A DNA stretch of 64,000 bases from Escherichia coli (GCF_003018235.1 NZ_CP027437.1); one strand, 5' to 3'. Numbered from the stretch's first letter, positions 46,028-57,192 are shown. A program made the numbers and translations. Notes: generated from the letters alone by a model not told the origin.

Positions 46028-46825
46028 ATGTCAGCAGGACAAAGGAAGGAGCAAAAGTTGATACCCGTAGAGCGTCGCCAAATCATCCTTGAGATGGTAG
46101 CTGAAAAAGGCATTGTCAGTATTGCTGAACTAACGGACAGAATGAATGTGTCACATATGACCATTCGTCGGGATTTACAAAAACTGGAGCAGCAGGGAGC
46201 CGTTGTGCTGGTGTCCGGAGGCGTCCAGTCTCCGGGACGCGTGGCGCATGAACCTTCTCATCAGGTAAAAACTGCGCTGGCAATGACGCAAAAAGCGGCT
46301 ATTGGCAAGCTGGCGGCAAGTCTTGTTCAGCCGGGACGTTGTATCTATCTGGATGCGGGAACGACCACGCTAGCGATAGCACAGCATCTGATTCACATGG
46401 AGTCACTGACTGTGGTCACAAACGATTTCGTTATTGCGGACTACTTGCTCGACAACAGTAATTGCACAATTATTCACACTGGCGGTGCAGTGTGTCGGGA
46501 AAACCGTTCCTGTGTCGGGGAAGCCGCTGCGACCATGCTGCGCAGCCTGATGATTGATCAGGCTTTTATTTCTGCATCGTCATGGAGTGTGCGGGGGATT
46601 TCTACGCCAGCGGAAGATAAAGTCACGGTGAAACGGGCGATTGCCAGTGCCAGCCGCCAGCGAGTTTTGGTCTGTGATGCGACGAAATATGGTCAGGTGG
46701 CGACATGGCTGGCGTTACCATTAAGCGAGTTTGATCAGATTATTACAGACGACGGTTTGCCGGAGAGTGCCAGTCGCGCGCTGGCGAAGCAGGATCTCTC
46801 TTTGCTGGTAGCGAAAAATGAATAA
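46028..46825 (+). CDS. ygbI: DeoR-family transcriptional regulator
   Basis: 265-aa ORF with HTH (VSHMTIRRDL); an alternative TTG start 30 bp downstream would give 255 aa. Confidence 0.85.
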   Translation: MSAGQRKEQKLIPVERRQIILEMVAEKGIVSIAELTDRMNVSHMTIRRDLQKLEQQGAVVLVSGGVQSPGRVAHEPSHQVKTALAMTQKAAIGKLAASLVQPGRCIYLDAGTTTLAIAQHLIHMESLTVVTNDFVIADYLLDNSNCTIIHTGGAVCRENRSCVGEAAATMLRSLMIDQAFISASSWSVRGISTPAEDKVTVKRAIASASRQRVLVCDATKYGQVATWLALPLSEFDQIITDDGLPESASRALAKQDLSLLVAKNE

Positions 46826-46848
46826 TGGCCTGCAATAACACCGGGTTA

Positions 46849-46888
46849 CTCATGCTTCACAGAAGAAGCATGAGACTACTTTATTTTA
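46849..46888. terminator. Terminator hairpin between convergent ygbI and pphB
   Basis: ctcatgcttc acagaa gaagcatgag perfect 10-bp stem followed by ctactttatttta. Confidence 0.7.
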
Positions 46889-47532
46889 TAAAATGACAGC
46901 CGCCCGCTTTTCGGCGATCCGGTATCAATATAAATCTGGTTTGCGAACGTCTGAATGTTATCAAACATCATATGTCCAAATATAAAATAATCAGCGCCGT
47001 TTATTTGTTGTAACTCGCCATTAAGCGATTTCTGCACACGATCATCAGGCCAGAGTAATTCTCTCTCCGCTATTTCTTTGCCAAAGAGATATTCACTCCC
47101 CGGATAATCTGCATGTGCGATGACATATTTTATTATGTCGTTAGTGATTTCAATAATATGTGGAAGGCGATGAAATTTCAGCAACAGATTTATTGCTTCT
47201 TGTTGTTCCGTCTCATTTAATTCAAAGAACCAGTCGCCGCCGCTGGCAAGCCACATATTTCCATCGCCAGTTTCGAATGCCTCAAGCGCCATCGCTTCAT
47301 GGTTGCCTTTAACCGATGTAAACCAGGGCTGGTTTAACAGGCGTAGTACGTTAAGACTCTCCGGCCCACGATCAATATTATCGCCGACAGAAATAAGTAA
47401 GTCGGTTTCAGGGCAAAAAGAGAGTTGATGTAAGCGGGATTGTAATAATTGATAGTCACCATGAATATCACCAACGGCCCATATATAACGATAGTGATGG
47501 GCATTAATTTTTTGATAGCGTGTAGATGGCAT
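46876..47532 (-). CDS. pphB: Serine/threonine protein phosphatase 2
   Basis: 218-aa ORF with metallophosphatase motifs GDIHG, GDNIDRG, GNHE. Confidence 0.9.
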   Translation of the reverse strand: MPSTRYQKINAHHYRYIWAVGDIHGDYQLLQSRLHQLSFCPETDLLISVGDNIDRGPESLNVLRLLNQPWFTSVKGNHEAMALEAFETGDGNMWLASGGDWFFELNETEQQEAINLLLKFHRLPHIIEITNDIIKYVIAHADYPGSEYLFGKEIAERELLWPDDRVQKSLNGELQQINGADYFIFGHMMFDNIQTFANQIYIDTGSPKSGRLSFYKIK

Positions 47533-47637
47533 GGTTTTACCCTGTAAAATAAGATTTCCTATTATACAGGGTATTTTTATTTGATTCGTCAGTTGTCGTT
47601 AATATTCCCGATAGCAAAAGACTATCGGGAATTGTTA

Positions 47638-50199
47638 TTACACCAGACTCTTCAAGCGATAAATCCACTCCAGCGCCTGACGCGGAGTCAGTGAATCCGG
47701 GTCGAGATTTTCCAGTGCTTCGACCGCAGGCGAAGTTTCTTCTGGCACTGACAGCAAAGACATTTGCGTACCATCCACTTGCGTAGCGGCGGCGTTCGGC
47801 GAAATGCTTTCCAGCTCACGCAGTTTTTGCCGTGCGCGCTTAATAACCTCTTTTGGCACGCCCGCCAGAGCTGCAACTGCCAGGCCGTAGCTTTTGCTCG
47901 CCGCGCCATCCTGCACGCTGTGCATAAAGGCAATGGTGTCGCCGTGCTCCAGTGCATCGAGATGCACGTTAGCCACGCCTTCCATTTTCTCCGGTAACTG
48001 GGTCAGCTCGAAATAATGGGTAGCAAACAACGTCAACGCTTTAATCTTATTCGCCAGATTTTCCGCGCACGCCCACGCCAGCGACAGACCATCGTAAGTG
48101 GAAGTTCCACGCCCAATCTCATCCATCAGCACCAGACTGTACTCGGTGGCGTTATGCAGAATATTGGCGGTTTCGGTCATTTCCACCATAAAGGTTGAAC
48201 GCCCGGATGCCAGATCATCCGCTGCCCCTACGCGGGTAAAGATGCGATCGATAGGTCCAATCTCGACTTTTTGTGCCGGTACATAGCTGCCGATGTAGGC
48301 CATCAGCGCAATCAGTGCGGTCTGGCGCATATAGGTACTTTTACCGCCCATATTCGGACCGGTAATGATCAACATGCGACGTTGCGGCGACAGGTTCAGC
48401 GGGTTGGCGATAAACGGCTCATTCAGCACCTGTTCAACCACCGGATGGCGGCCTTCGGTGATGCGAATACCCGGTTTATCAATAAAGGTCGGGCAGGTGT
48501 AGTTCAGCGTATAGGCCCGTTCTGCCAGGTTCACCAGCACGTCGAGTTCCGCCAGCGCGCTCGCGCTCTGTTGCAACGCTTCCAGATGCGGCAACAGCAG
48601 GTCGAACAACTCTTCATAAAGCTGTTTTTCCAGTGCCAGTGCTTTGCCTTTTGAAGTGAGAACTTTGTCTTCGTACTCTTTTAGCTCTGGAATAATGTAG
48701 CGCTCGGCGTTTTTCAGCGTCTGGCGACGCATGTAATTGATGGGTGCCAGATGGCTTTGTCCACGGCTGATCTGAATGTAATAACCATGAACCGCGTTAA
48801 AGCCGACTTTCAGCGTGTCCAGGCCAGTACGTTCACGCTCGCGGACTTCCAGACGCTCCAGATAATCGGTCGCGCCGTCAGCCAGCGCGCGCCACTCATC
48901 CAGCTCTTCGTTATAGCCCGGTGCGATAACACCACCGTCGCGTACCAGCACTGGCGGTGTGTCGATGATTGCTCGCTCCAGCAGATCGCGCAGCTCGGCA
49001 AACTCGCCCATTTTTTCACGCAGCGCCTGTACCGGAGCGCTATCGACATTTTCTAATAGCGCACGCAGCTCCGGCAGTTGCTGGAAAGCGTGACGCATAC
49101 GGGCCAGATCGCGTGGGCGAGCAGTTCGTAAAGCCAGACGCGCCAGAATACGTTCCAGGTCGCCGACCTGACGCAGTACCGGCTGCAGCTCGGCGGTGAA
49201 ATCCTGCAATGCGCCAATAGTTTGCTGGCGCTCAAGCAAGACGCGGGTATCGCGCACTGGCATATGCAGCCAGCGTTTCAGCATACGGCTGCCCATCGGC
49301 GTGACGGTGCAGTCGAGCACAGAAGCCAGCGTATTTTCCGCACCACCCGCCAGGTTCTGGGTGATTTCCAGATTACGACGCGTCGCGGCATCCATAATGA
49401 TGCTGTCCTGCTCACGTTCCATGGTGATGGAACGAATATGCGGCAGAGTCGTACGTTGGGTATCTTTCGCATACTGCAACAGACAACCGGCAGCACAAAG
49501 TCCGCGCGGCGCGTTCTCGACGCCAAAACCGACCAGATCGCGGGTGCCAAATTGCAGATTCAACTGCTGGCGCGCGGTGTCGATTTCAAACTCCCACAGC
49601 GGGCGACGGCGCAGGCCGCGACGGCCTTCAATTAACGACATTTCAGCAAAATCTTCTGCATACAGCAGTTCCGCCGGATTAGTGCGTTGCAGTTCTGCCG
49701 CCATCGTTTCCCGGTCAGCCGGTTCGCTCAGGCGAAAACGACCGGAACTGATATCCAGCGTCGCGTAGCCGAAACCTTTGCTGTCCTGCCAGATAGCCGC
49801 CAGCAGGTTATCCTGACGCTCCTGCAACAGCGCTTCATCGCTGATGGTGCCCGGCGTAACGATACGCACAACTTTGCGCTCAACCGGACCTTTGCTGGTC
49901 GCTGGATCGCCAATTTGTTCGCAGATGGCAACGGACTCGCCCTGATTCACCAGTTTGGCGAGGTAGTTTTCCACCGCATGGTAGGGGATCCCCGCCATCG
50001 GGATCGGCTCTCCCGCCGAAGCACCGCGTTTGGTCAGTGAAATATCCAGCAGTTGCGACGCGCGTTTTGCGTCGTCATAAAACAGTTCATAAAAATCACC
50101 CATCCGGTAAAACAGCAGGATCTCGGGATGCTGGGCTTTCAGCTTGAGATATTGCTGCATCATGGGCGTATGGGCATCGAAATTTTCTATTGCACTCAT
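47638..50199 (-). CDS. mutS: DNA mismatch repair protein MutS
   Basis: 853-aa ORF; Walker [10 protein letters not shown]. Confidence 0.98.
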   Translation of the reverse strand: MSAIENFDAHTPMMQQYLKLKAQHPEILLFYRMGDFYELFYDDAKRASQLLDISLTKRGASAGEPIPMAGIPYHAVENYLAKLVNQGESVAICEQIGDPATSKGPVERKVVRIVTPGTISDEALLQERQDNLLAAIWQDSKGFGYATLDISSGRFRLSEPADRETMAAELQRTNPAELLYAEDFAEMSLIEGRRGLRRRPLWEFEIDTARQQLNLQFGTRDLVGFGVENAPRGLCAAGCLLQYAKDTQRTTLPHIRSITMEREQDSIIMDAATRRNLEITQNLAGGAENTLASVLDCTVTPMGSRMLKRWLHMPVRDTRVLLERQQTIGALQDFTAELQPVLRQVGDLERILARLALRTARPRDLARMRHAFQQLPELRALLENVDSAPVQALREKMGEFAELRDLLERAIIDTPPVLVRDGGVIAPGYNEELDEWRALADGATDYLERLEVRERERTGLDTLKVGFNAVHGYYIQISRGQSHLAPINYMRRQTLKNAERYIIPELKEYEDKVLTSKGKALALEKQLYEELFDLLLPHLEALQQSASALAELDVLVNLAERAYTLNYTCPTFIDKPGIRITEGRHPVVEQVLNEPFIANPLNLSPQRRMLIITGPNMGGKSTYMRQTALIALMAYIGSYVPAQKVEIGPIDRIFTRVGAADDLASGRSTFMVEMTETANILHNATEYSLVLMDEIGRGTSTYDGLSLAWACAENLANKIKALTLFATHYFELTQLPEKMEGVANVHLDALEHGDTIAFMHSVQDGAASKSYGLAVAALAGVPKEVIKRARQKLRELESISPNAAATQVDGTQMSLLSVPEETSPAVEALENLDPDSLTPRQALEWIYRLKSLV

Positions 50200-50445
50200 G
50201 GGGTTATGTCCGGTTCCCTGATATTAAATGGGGTGTGATGGTTTTTATTTTCGTTGTAATCACATAAGGCGCACATGATACCGGAGTTAATCATTTCAGG
50301 GGAAGAAGCGAACGGCGAGTTCTTGATGCTGGTTCCGGGAAAGATGCTGTTTTGCAGCTTTTGCGTGATGCTTATGAAGCAAGTACGCAAAATTGTATCG
50401 GTTGGCTAACCCTTCTTCTTTAGAGTCATAGTGCCCTTTAAGATT

Positions 50446-50468
50446 AAGTTGTAATATAAATGCATCTT
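50446..50468. promoter_or_regulatory. Candidate NsrR operator upstream of ygbA
   Basis: aagttgtaata t aaatgcatctt: right half matches the NsrR half-site AAATGCATCTT, left half is a 7/11 match. Confidence 0.45.
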
Positions 50469-50485
50469 AATGAGGTGGAGGCAGC

Positions 50486-50830
50486 ATGTCCGGCAAGCGT
50501 ATCTCTCGTGAAAAACTGACGATTAAAAAAATGATCGATCTTTATCAAGCGAAATGCCCGCAGGCGTCAGCGGAGCCGGAGCATTACGACGCGCTGTTTG
50601 CCTACGCGCAAAAGCGGCTGGATAAATGTGTGTTCGGCGAAGAGAAACCAGCCTGTAAGCAGTGTCCGGTGCACTGTTACCAGCCTGCAAAGCGTGAAGA
50701 GATGAAACAGATTATGCGTTGGGCCGGGCCGAGAATGCTGTGGCGTCATCCGATCTTAACCGTGCGTCATCTCATCGATGACAAGCGTCCGGTGCCGGAG
50801 TTGCCAGAAAAATATCGTCCAAAGAAATAA
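50486..50830 (+). CDS. ygbA: Nitrosative-stress-associated protein YgbA
   Basis: 114-aa ORF with cysteine motifs CPQ...CKQCPVHC. Confidence 0.85.
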   Translation: MSGKRISREKLTIKKMIDLYQAKCPQASAEPEHYDALFAYAQKRLDKCVFGEEKPACKQCPVHCYQPAKREEMKQIMRWAGPRMLWRHPILTVRHLIDDKRPVPELPEKYRPKK

Positions 50831-50868
50831 ATCTGCCGGAGAGCCATACTCTCCGGCAAATAAGGCGT

Positions 50869-51297
50869 TTACGCTTTGGTGGCAATCAGGATGGCTGATG
50901 CTTTGATCAATGCAATAACGCGCGAGCCAGTGGTGAGTTTCATTTCATCCTGACTTTCATTTGTTACCACTGCCACAATTTCAAAACCCGCATCCGTTTT
51001 GATATGGACAGTGGCGTTCACTGCGCCTTCGGTGATTGTCGACACGCTGCCAGCAAACTGGTTGCGAGCAGAGAATTTTAGTCCACAGTCTTCCGTTGCC
51101 AGCGTTACCCACGGGGCTTTAATCAGGGCAATCGCTTCTTTCCCTTTCGCCAGACCCAGCGCTTGCTGGCTGCTGTGAGTCACAATTGCCACCAGCTTTG
51201 CACCACCTGCCAGCGTCAGTTCTACTTCATCATTCACAGCGCCCATTGCTACTGCGCTAACTGTTCCGGTTAATTGATTTCTTGCTGAAACTGCCAT
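50869..51297 (-). CDS. Di-Mop (tandem TOBE) molybdate/tungstate-binding protein, molbindin
   Basis: ORF 50869-51336; start set at MAVSARNQLTG with RBS aaggagg (142 aa); two ~70-aa halves each beginning SARNQ(L/F)(T/A)G...V. Confidence 0.8.
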   Translation of the reverse strand: MAVSARNQLTGTVSAVAMGAVNDEVELTLAGGAKLVAIVTHSSQQALGLAKGKEAIALIKAPWVTLATEDCGLKFSARNQFAGSVSTITEGAVNATVHIKTDAGFEIVAVVTNESQDEMKLTTGSRVIALIKASAILIATKA

Positions 51298-51341
51298 ACT
51301 GCCTCCTTTCATTGAATGTTGATCGAGTATAACCACATCTG

Positions 51342-53420
51342 TTAAATCAATGCCGATTTATCAATTCCAAGCCGCTTCATCCGTGACAGCAGGGTCGTGC
51401 GTTTCAGCCCCAGACGTTGCGCAGCGCCTTTAGGCCCGGCAACCACGCCGTTGGTTTCTTTCAGCACGCGAACAATCAACTGATATTCATCTTCGCCCTC
51501 CTGGGCGACAACCGTTGCGGCAGGCGGCGTTTCAGGCTCCGGTAAAGCAATATCAGGCAATGACAGCTGCAGCACGTTGCCGCGTGTTAGCAATACCGCG
51601 CGCTCAATGACATTTTCCAGTTCGCGTACGTTACCCGGCCACTCCATGTTGCTCAAGGTGCGCAGCGTCTCCGCAGGAATGCTGTCGATATTGCGCCCCA
51701 GACGACGGGCAATTTTGAAGGTAAAGGCTTTCGCCAGCAGCGGAATATCTTCCGGACGCTCGCGTAGTGGCGGCAGGTGGATCGGGAATACATTCAGGCG
51801 GTAATAGAGATCGCTACGGAACTCACGGTCGGCGACCATTTTTTTCAGATCGCGGTTAGTTGCGGCGATTAGACGCACGTCCGTCTGAATGATTTTGTTG
51901 CTGCCGAGACGTTCAAACTCCTGTTCCTGTAATACACGCAGCAACTTCGGCTGTAACTCCAGTGGCATATCGCCCACTTCGTCGAGGAACAGGGAGCTTT
52001 TATCCGCCAGTTCAAAACGACCGATACGCTGGGCGCTGGCACCGGTAAAAGCCCCACGCTCATGACCAAACAGATCGCTCTCCAGCAATCCGGCAGGCAT
52101 TGCCGCGCAGTTCATTTTGACCATGCGGCGATTATTACGCCCACTGAGATTATGGATAGCACGGGCAATCAGCTCTTTACCCGTGCCAGTTTCACCGAGG
52201 ATCAGCACGGTACTGTCACTTTGCGCCACCATTTCAACTTGTTTAAGTACGCTGTACATGGCTTCGCTGCGGCCAATAATCTCGCCAAATTCACTATCAA
52301 CATTGTTGAGCTGCTCGGTCAGGGCGAGGTTTTCATCAACCAGCCGTTCTTTCAGACGATGAATTTCCTGATAGGCGAGGGCGTTATCGACAGCGATTGC
52401 CACACGTTCGGCAATCTGGCGCAGTAAGCTCAGATTGGTAGTGGTAAATACTTTCTCTTCGCATTGCGCCAGTTTCAGCACGCCCAGCATGGTGTTGCCA
52501 GACATCAGCGGTAACAGGCACAAGGTTTGAATCTGGTTGCCCCAGGTGTCGAACAACATGCGTTCATAGGGGGCTAAATCGTCCCGCTCGTGGAGATTAA
52601 TCAACAACATCTCTTTACTTTTGAACACGCGTTCGGTGAGGGTTCCGGCTTCATCGACTTCGCTCTGTTCGTGGGCGGGATGTTGTTTATCAAGATAGTG
52701 AGTGGAGTAGATGTTGAGTTTGTTTTTACGGTGGCTGCGTAAGACAATGCTGATATCGTCAATGTCGAAATAGTAATGGATTTCTTTGGCGACTTCGCTG
52801 ACCAGTTCGTCCATATCCAGGCGGGAAAGCACCGCGTTGGTAATGGCAACCAGGATGCGGAAGTTATCGCGCTCCCGGCATAACAACTCATAGTCGACAT
52901 TATTGACGACGCGGCTCTGGATTTGTTCGGTGACGACAGAAACGATCTGCGTAAATGTTTGCAGACGATTGAACTCTTTTTCGCTCCAGGGGCGATCGTC
53001 ATAACGAATAAATTCACAGCCACCAAAAATATGCCCTTCCGCCGCCAGTGGCATCAGGCAATAGTGACCAAATTTTGGGTATAGCCCACCTGCGGCCAGC
53101 TGCGGCCAGGTTTCACAAAATTCTTCGTAACTGCAATGCAGCGTATCAGGGCGCGACAAAATGCTGCGTACCGGACCGTGTGCCAGAACAGTTTCGTCTT
53201 CATATTTAATGGGGGTGTCTTTTTCACGCGATGCGTAATAAGACGCACGTTGAGTCTGCGCTTGCCACAACACAATAGCCGCGTTGTCGGCGAGCGCAGA
53301 ACGCTTTACCAGTTGCGAAAGAGCCTCACACAGCGAGGCCAGATCGGGCTGCTGCAATAGTGTCCGAGTGATGTCGAACAACCCTTGTTGTCCGAGATCA
53401 CTCATCGGTGTATATGACAT
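51342..53420 (-). CDS. fhlA: Formate hydrogenlyase transcriptional activator (sigma54-dependent)
   Basis: ORF 51342-53456; start set at MSYTPMSDLGQQGLFD; GAF domains, AAA+ sigma54-interaction domain (GETGTGKE, GAFTGA) and C-terminal HTH. Confidence 0.95.
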   Translation of the reverse strand: MSYTPMSDLGQQGLFDITRTLLQQPDLASLCEALSQLVKRSALADNAAIVLWQAQTQRASYYASREKDTPIKYEDETVLAHGPVRSILSRPDTLHCSYEEFCETWPQLAAGGLYPKFGHYCLMPLAAEGHIFGGCEFIRYDDRPWSEKEFNRLQTFTQIVSVVTEQIQSRVVNNVDYELLCRERDNFRILVAITNAVLSRLDMDELVSEVAKEIHYYFDIDDISIVLRSHRKNKLNIYSTHYLDKQHPAHEQSEVDEAGTLTERVFKSKEMLLINLHERDDLAPYERMLFDTWGNQIQTLCLLPLMSGNTMLGVLKLAQCEEKVFTTTNLSLLRQIAERVAIAVDNALAYQEIHRLKERLVDENLALTEQLNNVDSEFGEIIGRSEAMYSVLKQVEMVAQSDSTVLILGETGTGKELIARAIHNLSGRNNRRMVKMNCAAMPAGLLESDLFGHERGAFTGASAQRIGRFELADKSSLFLDEVGDMPLELQPKLLRVLQEQEFERLGSNKIIQTDVRLIAATNRDLKKMVADREFRSDLYYRLNVFPIHLPPLRERPEDIPLLAKAFTFKIARRLGRNIDSIPAETLRTLSNMEWPGNVRELENVIERAVLLTRGNVLQLSLPDIALPEPETPPAATVVAQEGEDEYQLIVRVLKETNGVVAGPKGAAQRLGLKRTTLLSRMKRLGIDKSALI

Positions 53421-53493
53421 TTTGTTCTTCCAGGAAAGCACCGCAAAGCGGTGCAAAAGGTCATTGACTAACTATAGGAGATTTAGAATTTTA

Positions 53494-54504
53494 TTAGCAT
53501 ATACGCGGAAGCGGTTCGGCGTGCGGTAGATCGAGGGTTCGTTTCACGCCATACAGACCGGCAAGACGAACACCTTTACGTTCCACCACTTCACCAATCA
53601 GCGCCGCGTCTTTCCCCAGTGGATGGGAATGTAACGCTGCCAAAACTTGCTCTGCCGCGTTGCGTTCAACGGCGATCACCAGTTTGCCTTCGTTGGCAAA
53701 GTTAAGTGCGTCCAGTCCCAGCAGTTCGCAAACGCCGCGCACAGCAGGTTTAACCGGCAGTGCCGCTTCTGAAAGTTCAATACCACAACCGCAGGCTGCC
53801 GCGAACTCATGTACCACCGCGTTTACACCACCACGGGTGGCATCACGCAGCGCTTTCACGCCGGGAATGTCACGCAGCGTCTGAATAAGCGGCGTTAGTA
53901 CCGCACAGTCGCTGACCAGTTCGCCATCCAGCCCCAGCTGCTCACGCAGGTTAAGGATAGTCGCCCCGTGATCGCCGAGCGTGCCGCTCACCAGCAATAC
54001 ATCGCCTGCGGTTAGCGTCTGTGCGCCCCAGTGAATATTCGCCGGAATTGCGCCCATGCCAGCGGTGTTGATAAACAGTTTATCTGCCGCGCCGCGCTGC
54101 ACCACTTTAGTATCGCCAGTGACGATGGCAATGCCTGCCGCGCGCGCGGTTTCTGCCATGCTGGTCACGACGGCTTTCAGTGTCTCCATCGGCAATCCTT
54201 CTTCGAGGATAAAGCCACAGGAGAGATAGCGCGGAATAGCGCCACTGACCGCAACGTCATTGGCTGTGCCGCAAATCGCCAGATTGCCGATATTACCGCC
54301 AGGAAAGAACAGCGGGTCAATGACGTAACTGTCGGTGGAGAACGCCAGACGGTCGCCTTCCGCTACCAGCTGCGCCAGATCAAGACGGGCCTGATCTTCC
54401 TGCTCTGCCAGCCACGGGTTGGCAAAGGCTTCCATAAACAGGCTGTTGATTAATTGCTGCATCGCCTGGCCGCCGCTGCCGTGGGCGAGTTGGATATTCT
54501 TCAC
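53494..54504 (-). CDS. hypE: Hydrogenase maturation protein HypE
   Basis: 336-aa ORF ending in ...PRIC. Confidence 0.95.
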   Translation of the reverse strand: MKNIQLAHGSGGQAMQQLINSLFMEAFANPWLAEQEDQARLDLAQLVAEGDRLAFSTDSYVIDPLFFPGGNIGNLAICGTANDVAVSGAIPRYLSCGFILEEGLPMETLKAVVTSMAETARAAGIAIVTGDTKVVQRGAADKLFINTAGMGAIPANIHWGAQTLTAGDVLLVSGTLGDHGATILNLREQLGLDGELVSDCAVLTPLIQTLRDIPGVKALRDATRGGVNAVVHEFAAACGCGIELSEAALPVKPAVRGVCELLGLDALNFANEGKLVIAVERNAAEQVLAALHSHPLGKDAALIGEVVERKGVRLAGLYGVKRTLDLPHAEPLPRIC

Positions 54505-55622
54505 GCTTCACTCTCCTGCTGACGATACTGATACCACGCGGCGCACGCTCCTTCGGAGGAAACCATCAGCGCACCAAACGCGGTTTGAGGATTACAGGTG
54601 TTACCAAACAGCGGGCATTGATGCGGCTTACATTTGCCCGTTAATACTTCGCCACAACGTGCGCGCGGGTCATCGCAGACCTGCTGCGGTGCCGGGCGGA
54701 AATGCGCTTCGGCATCGAATCGTTGATAATCCGGCGTCAGGTGTACACCAGAAGATTCAATCACGCCTAAGCCGCGCCATTCGCTGTCGCCGTTGACACA
54801 GAACACATCGGCAATCGCCTGTTGCGCCAGCAGGTTACCGGCATCCGGCACCACCCGACGATACTGATTCTCTACCTTGCTGTGGGCCGCTATTTTCTGC
54901 TCCACCAGCATGACCACGCCTTGCAGTAGATCAAGCGGTTCGAAACCAGCCACCACCAGCGGACGATGAAAATCGCTGGCGATAAAATTATAGGCATCAG
55001 TGCCGATCACCATACTGACGTGGCCGGGCGCGAGGAACGCGTCGATACCGTTATCCGGCTCTTCCAGCAAACTGCGCAGCGTCGGGATAAGCGTAATATG
55101 CTGGCAGAAGAAGTAAAAATTCTGCACATCACGCGCTTTCGCCTGTTGCAGAGTGATGGCCGTCGTCGGCATGGTGGTTTCAAAACCTAAGCCGAAGAAC
55201 ACCACTTTGCGGGTTGGATTCTCCTGCGCCAGTTTCAACGCATCCATCGGCGAGTAAACGATGCGCACATCGGCACCGCGTGCTTTTGCCTGCAACAGCG
55301 ATCCCTGTTTCCCCGGCACGCGCATGGCGTCGCCAAAGGTACAGAAGATGACTTCCGGATGGCTGGCAATCTCCACGCAGGTGTCGATTCTACCCATCGG
55401 CAGTACACACACCGGGCAACCGGGACCGTGGATAAACTCAACGTTTTCCGGTAGCAACTGGTCGAGGCCGAATTTAAAAATGGCGTGGGTATGACCTCCA
55501 CACACTTCCATAATCCGCAGAGGGCGTTCGGCGGTGTAAGAGAGATGTGAAGCACGTTCGCGCAGATGCTCAATTAACTGCATCACCTGTTCCGGCGCGC
55601 GATATTCATCAACAAAACGCAT
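54501..55622 (-). CDS. hypD: Hydrogenase maturation protein HypD
   Basis: 373-aa ORF with CGxH and CPVC motifs. Confidence 0.95.
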   Translation of the reverse strand: MRFVDEYRAPEQVMQLIEHLRERASHLSYTAERPLRIMEVCGGHTHAIFKFGLDQLLPENVEFIHGPGCPVCVLPMGRIDTCVEIASHPEVIFCTFGDAMRVPGKQGSLLQAKARGADVRIVYSPMDALKLAQENPTRKVVFFGLGFETTMPTTAITLQQAKARDVQNFYFFCQHITLIPTLRSLLEEPDNGIDAFLAPGHVSMVIGTDAYNFIASDFHRPLVVAGFEPLDLLQGVVMLVEQKIAAHSKVENQYRRVVPDAGNLLAQQAIADVFCVNGDSEWRGLGVIESSGVHLTPDYQRFDAEAHFRPAPQQVCDDPRARCGEVLTGKCKPHQCPLFGNTCNPQTAFGALMVSSEGACAAWYQYRQQESEA

Positions 55623-55894
55623 TATTTTTCCTCGCCATACAACAGCGCACCGACATCCGGCTCAACGTCAAACATGTTTTGTAAGGCGTCGAGAGTGTCG
55701 CGCGCTTCGGCTTCATTAATTACGCTCATGGCAAAGCCAACGTGGACCAGTACCCACTGGCCCACGCGTGGCTGACCGTTTTCATCGCAGCTGCCGACTA
55801 GCGTTAAATCGACATCGCGCTGAATGCCGCAGACGTCGACTTTCGCCTGGTTGCCGTCAATGGTGCGGATCTGGCCGGGAACGCCTATGCACAT
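55622..55894 (-). CDS. hypC: Hydrogenase maturation chaperone HypC
   Basis: ORF 55622-55921; start set at MCIGVPGQ (90 aa). Confidence 0.9.
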   Translation of the reverse strand: MCIGVPGQIRTIDGNQAKVDVCGIQRDVDLTLVGSCDENGQPRVGQWVLVHVGFAMSVINEAEARDTLDALQNMFDVEPDVGALLYGEEK

Positions 55895-56757
55895 CGCTGT
55901 GTCTCCAGCCAGTTCAGCCACTGGTCCATCCCTTCGCCGCTGGTGGCGGAAATAAGGATGATTTCAATTTCTGGATTGACTTCGCGGGCGCAGGCGATGC
56001 ACTTCTCAACGTCAAAGTTGAGATACGGCAGCAAGTCAACTTTGTTGAGCAGCATCAGCGAAGCTGCGGCAAACATATGCGGATATTTCAGCGGTTTGTC
56101 TTCACCTTCGGTAACGGAAAGCACCGCCACTTTGTGTTTTTCACCGAGATCGAAGCTGGCCGGGCACACGAGGTTGCCGACGTTTTCGATAAACAGAATA
56201 CCGTTATCGTCCAGTGGCAGGCGCGGCGCGGCGTCGGCAATCATCTGTGCGTCAAGATGGCAGCCTTTACCGGTGTTCACCTGAATCGCTGGTGTGCCGG
56301 TAGCGCGAATGCGTGCGGCATCGTTCACGGTTTGCTGGTCGCCTTCAATAACCGCGCACGGAACGCTGTCTTTCAGGCGCATTAAGGTTTCCGTCAGCAG
56401 GGTGGTTTTACCGGAACCAGGGCTGGAAACCAGGTTGAGCACCAGTTGCTTGCGGGCAGCAAAGCGCGCGCGGTTGCGTTCAGCCAGACGGTTGTTTTTG
56501 TCCAGCACGTCAATTTCAACTTCCAGCATCCGGCGCTGGCTCATGCCCGGCGCGTGAGTGCCCGCTTCGCCATGACCGTAATGCAGGTCGCCTTCTTCAG
56601 TCTGGCTGGGGGTAAATTCAGGCGTTTTAATGCCGGTGATTTTCATCTTCGGGCGTGCCGCCGGGGCAAATGGCGCGCTACGAAACGCGGAATGAGGGTT
56701 ATGTTCATCACCCTCGATATACAGGTTGCCTTCACCGCAACCGCATGTTGTACACAT
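55885..56757 (-). CDS. hypB: Hydrogenase nickel incorporation GTPase HypB
   Basis: 290-aa ORF with N-terminal CxxCGC metal motif and G-domain. Confidence 0.95.
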   Translation of the reverse strand: MCTTCGCGEGNLYIEGDEHNPHSAFRSAPFAPAARPKMKITGIKTPEFTPSQTEEGDLHYGHGEAGTHAPGMSQRRMLEVEIDVLDKNNRLAERNRARFAARKQLVLNLVSSPGSGKTTLLTETLMRLKDSVPCAVIEGDQQTVNDAARIRATGTPAIQVNTGKGCHLDAQMIADAAPRLPLDDNGILFIENVGNLVCPASFDLGEKHKVAVLSVTEGEDKPLKYPHMFAAASLMLLNKVDLLPYLNFDVEKCIACAREVNPEIEIILISATSGEGMDQWLNWLETQRCA

Positions 56758-56760
56758 CGC

Positions 56761-57111
56761 TCACTCCTGGTCTATTTCTATCCGCCGAATCTGTAAACCG
56801 TCGTCTGCCACAATCTGTAGCATGTCACCATGACACTGTGGACAGCGGCGGACGCGCTGGGTCAGTAGCGTCACATACTGTTGGCATGTTTCACACCAGC
56901 ATTCGGCCTCTTGTTCTTCGAGGTGCAGTTTACAACCTTCCGCCACGCTGCCGCGGCAAACCAGATCAAAACAAAAGGCAAGAGAGCTGGTTTCGACACA
57001 AGAAAATGCGCCAATTTTGAGCCAGACCCCAGTTACGCGTTTTGCGCCGTGTTTTGCGGCCTGCTGTTCGATCAATTCCAGTGCCCGTTGGCAGAGGGTT
57101 ATTTCGTGCAT
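56761..57111 (-). CDS. hypA: Hydrogenase nickel incorporation protein HypA
   Basis: ORF 56761-57123; start set at MHEITLCQ (116 aa); zinc motif CxxC...CxxC. Confidence 0.93.
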   Translation of the reverse strand: MHEITLCQRALELIEQQAAKHGAKRVTGVWLKIGAFSCVETSSLAFCFDLVCRGSVAEGCKLHLEEQEAECWCETCQQYVTLLTQRVRRCPQCHGDMLQIVADDGLQIRRIEIDQE

Positions 57112-57141
57112 ATCGCCTCCCATTAACTATTGCCAGCTACA

Positions 57142-57158
57142 AGCAATAATTGTGCCAG
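57142..57158 (-). promoter_or_regulatory. Sigma54 (-24/-12) promoter for the hyp operon
   Basis: Minus-strand ctGGcacaattattGCttg (GG-N10-GC with TTGC), about 30 bp upstream of hypA. Confidence 0.7.
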
Positions 57159-57192
57159 TGTTGATTATCCCTGCAGTGAATAATGTCGATGA

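Noticed and set aside
47533-47637. Hairpins in the mutS-pphB spacer (cccgatag...ctatcggg and accctgta...tacagggt)
   Set aside because: The T-run follows the hairpin only on the plus strand, whereas both flanking genes are on the minus strand; most likely structured intergenic RNA, not a demonstrable terminator
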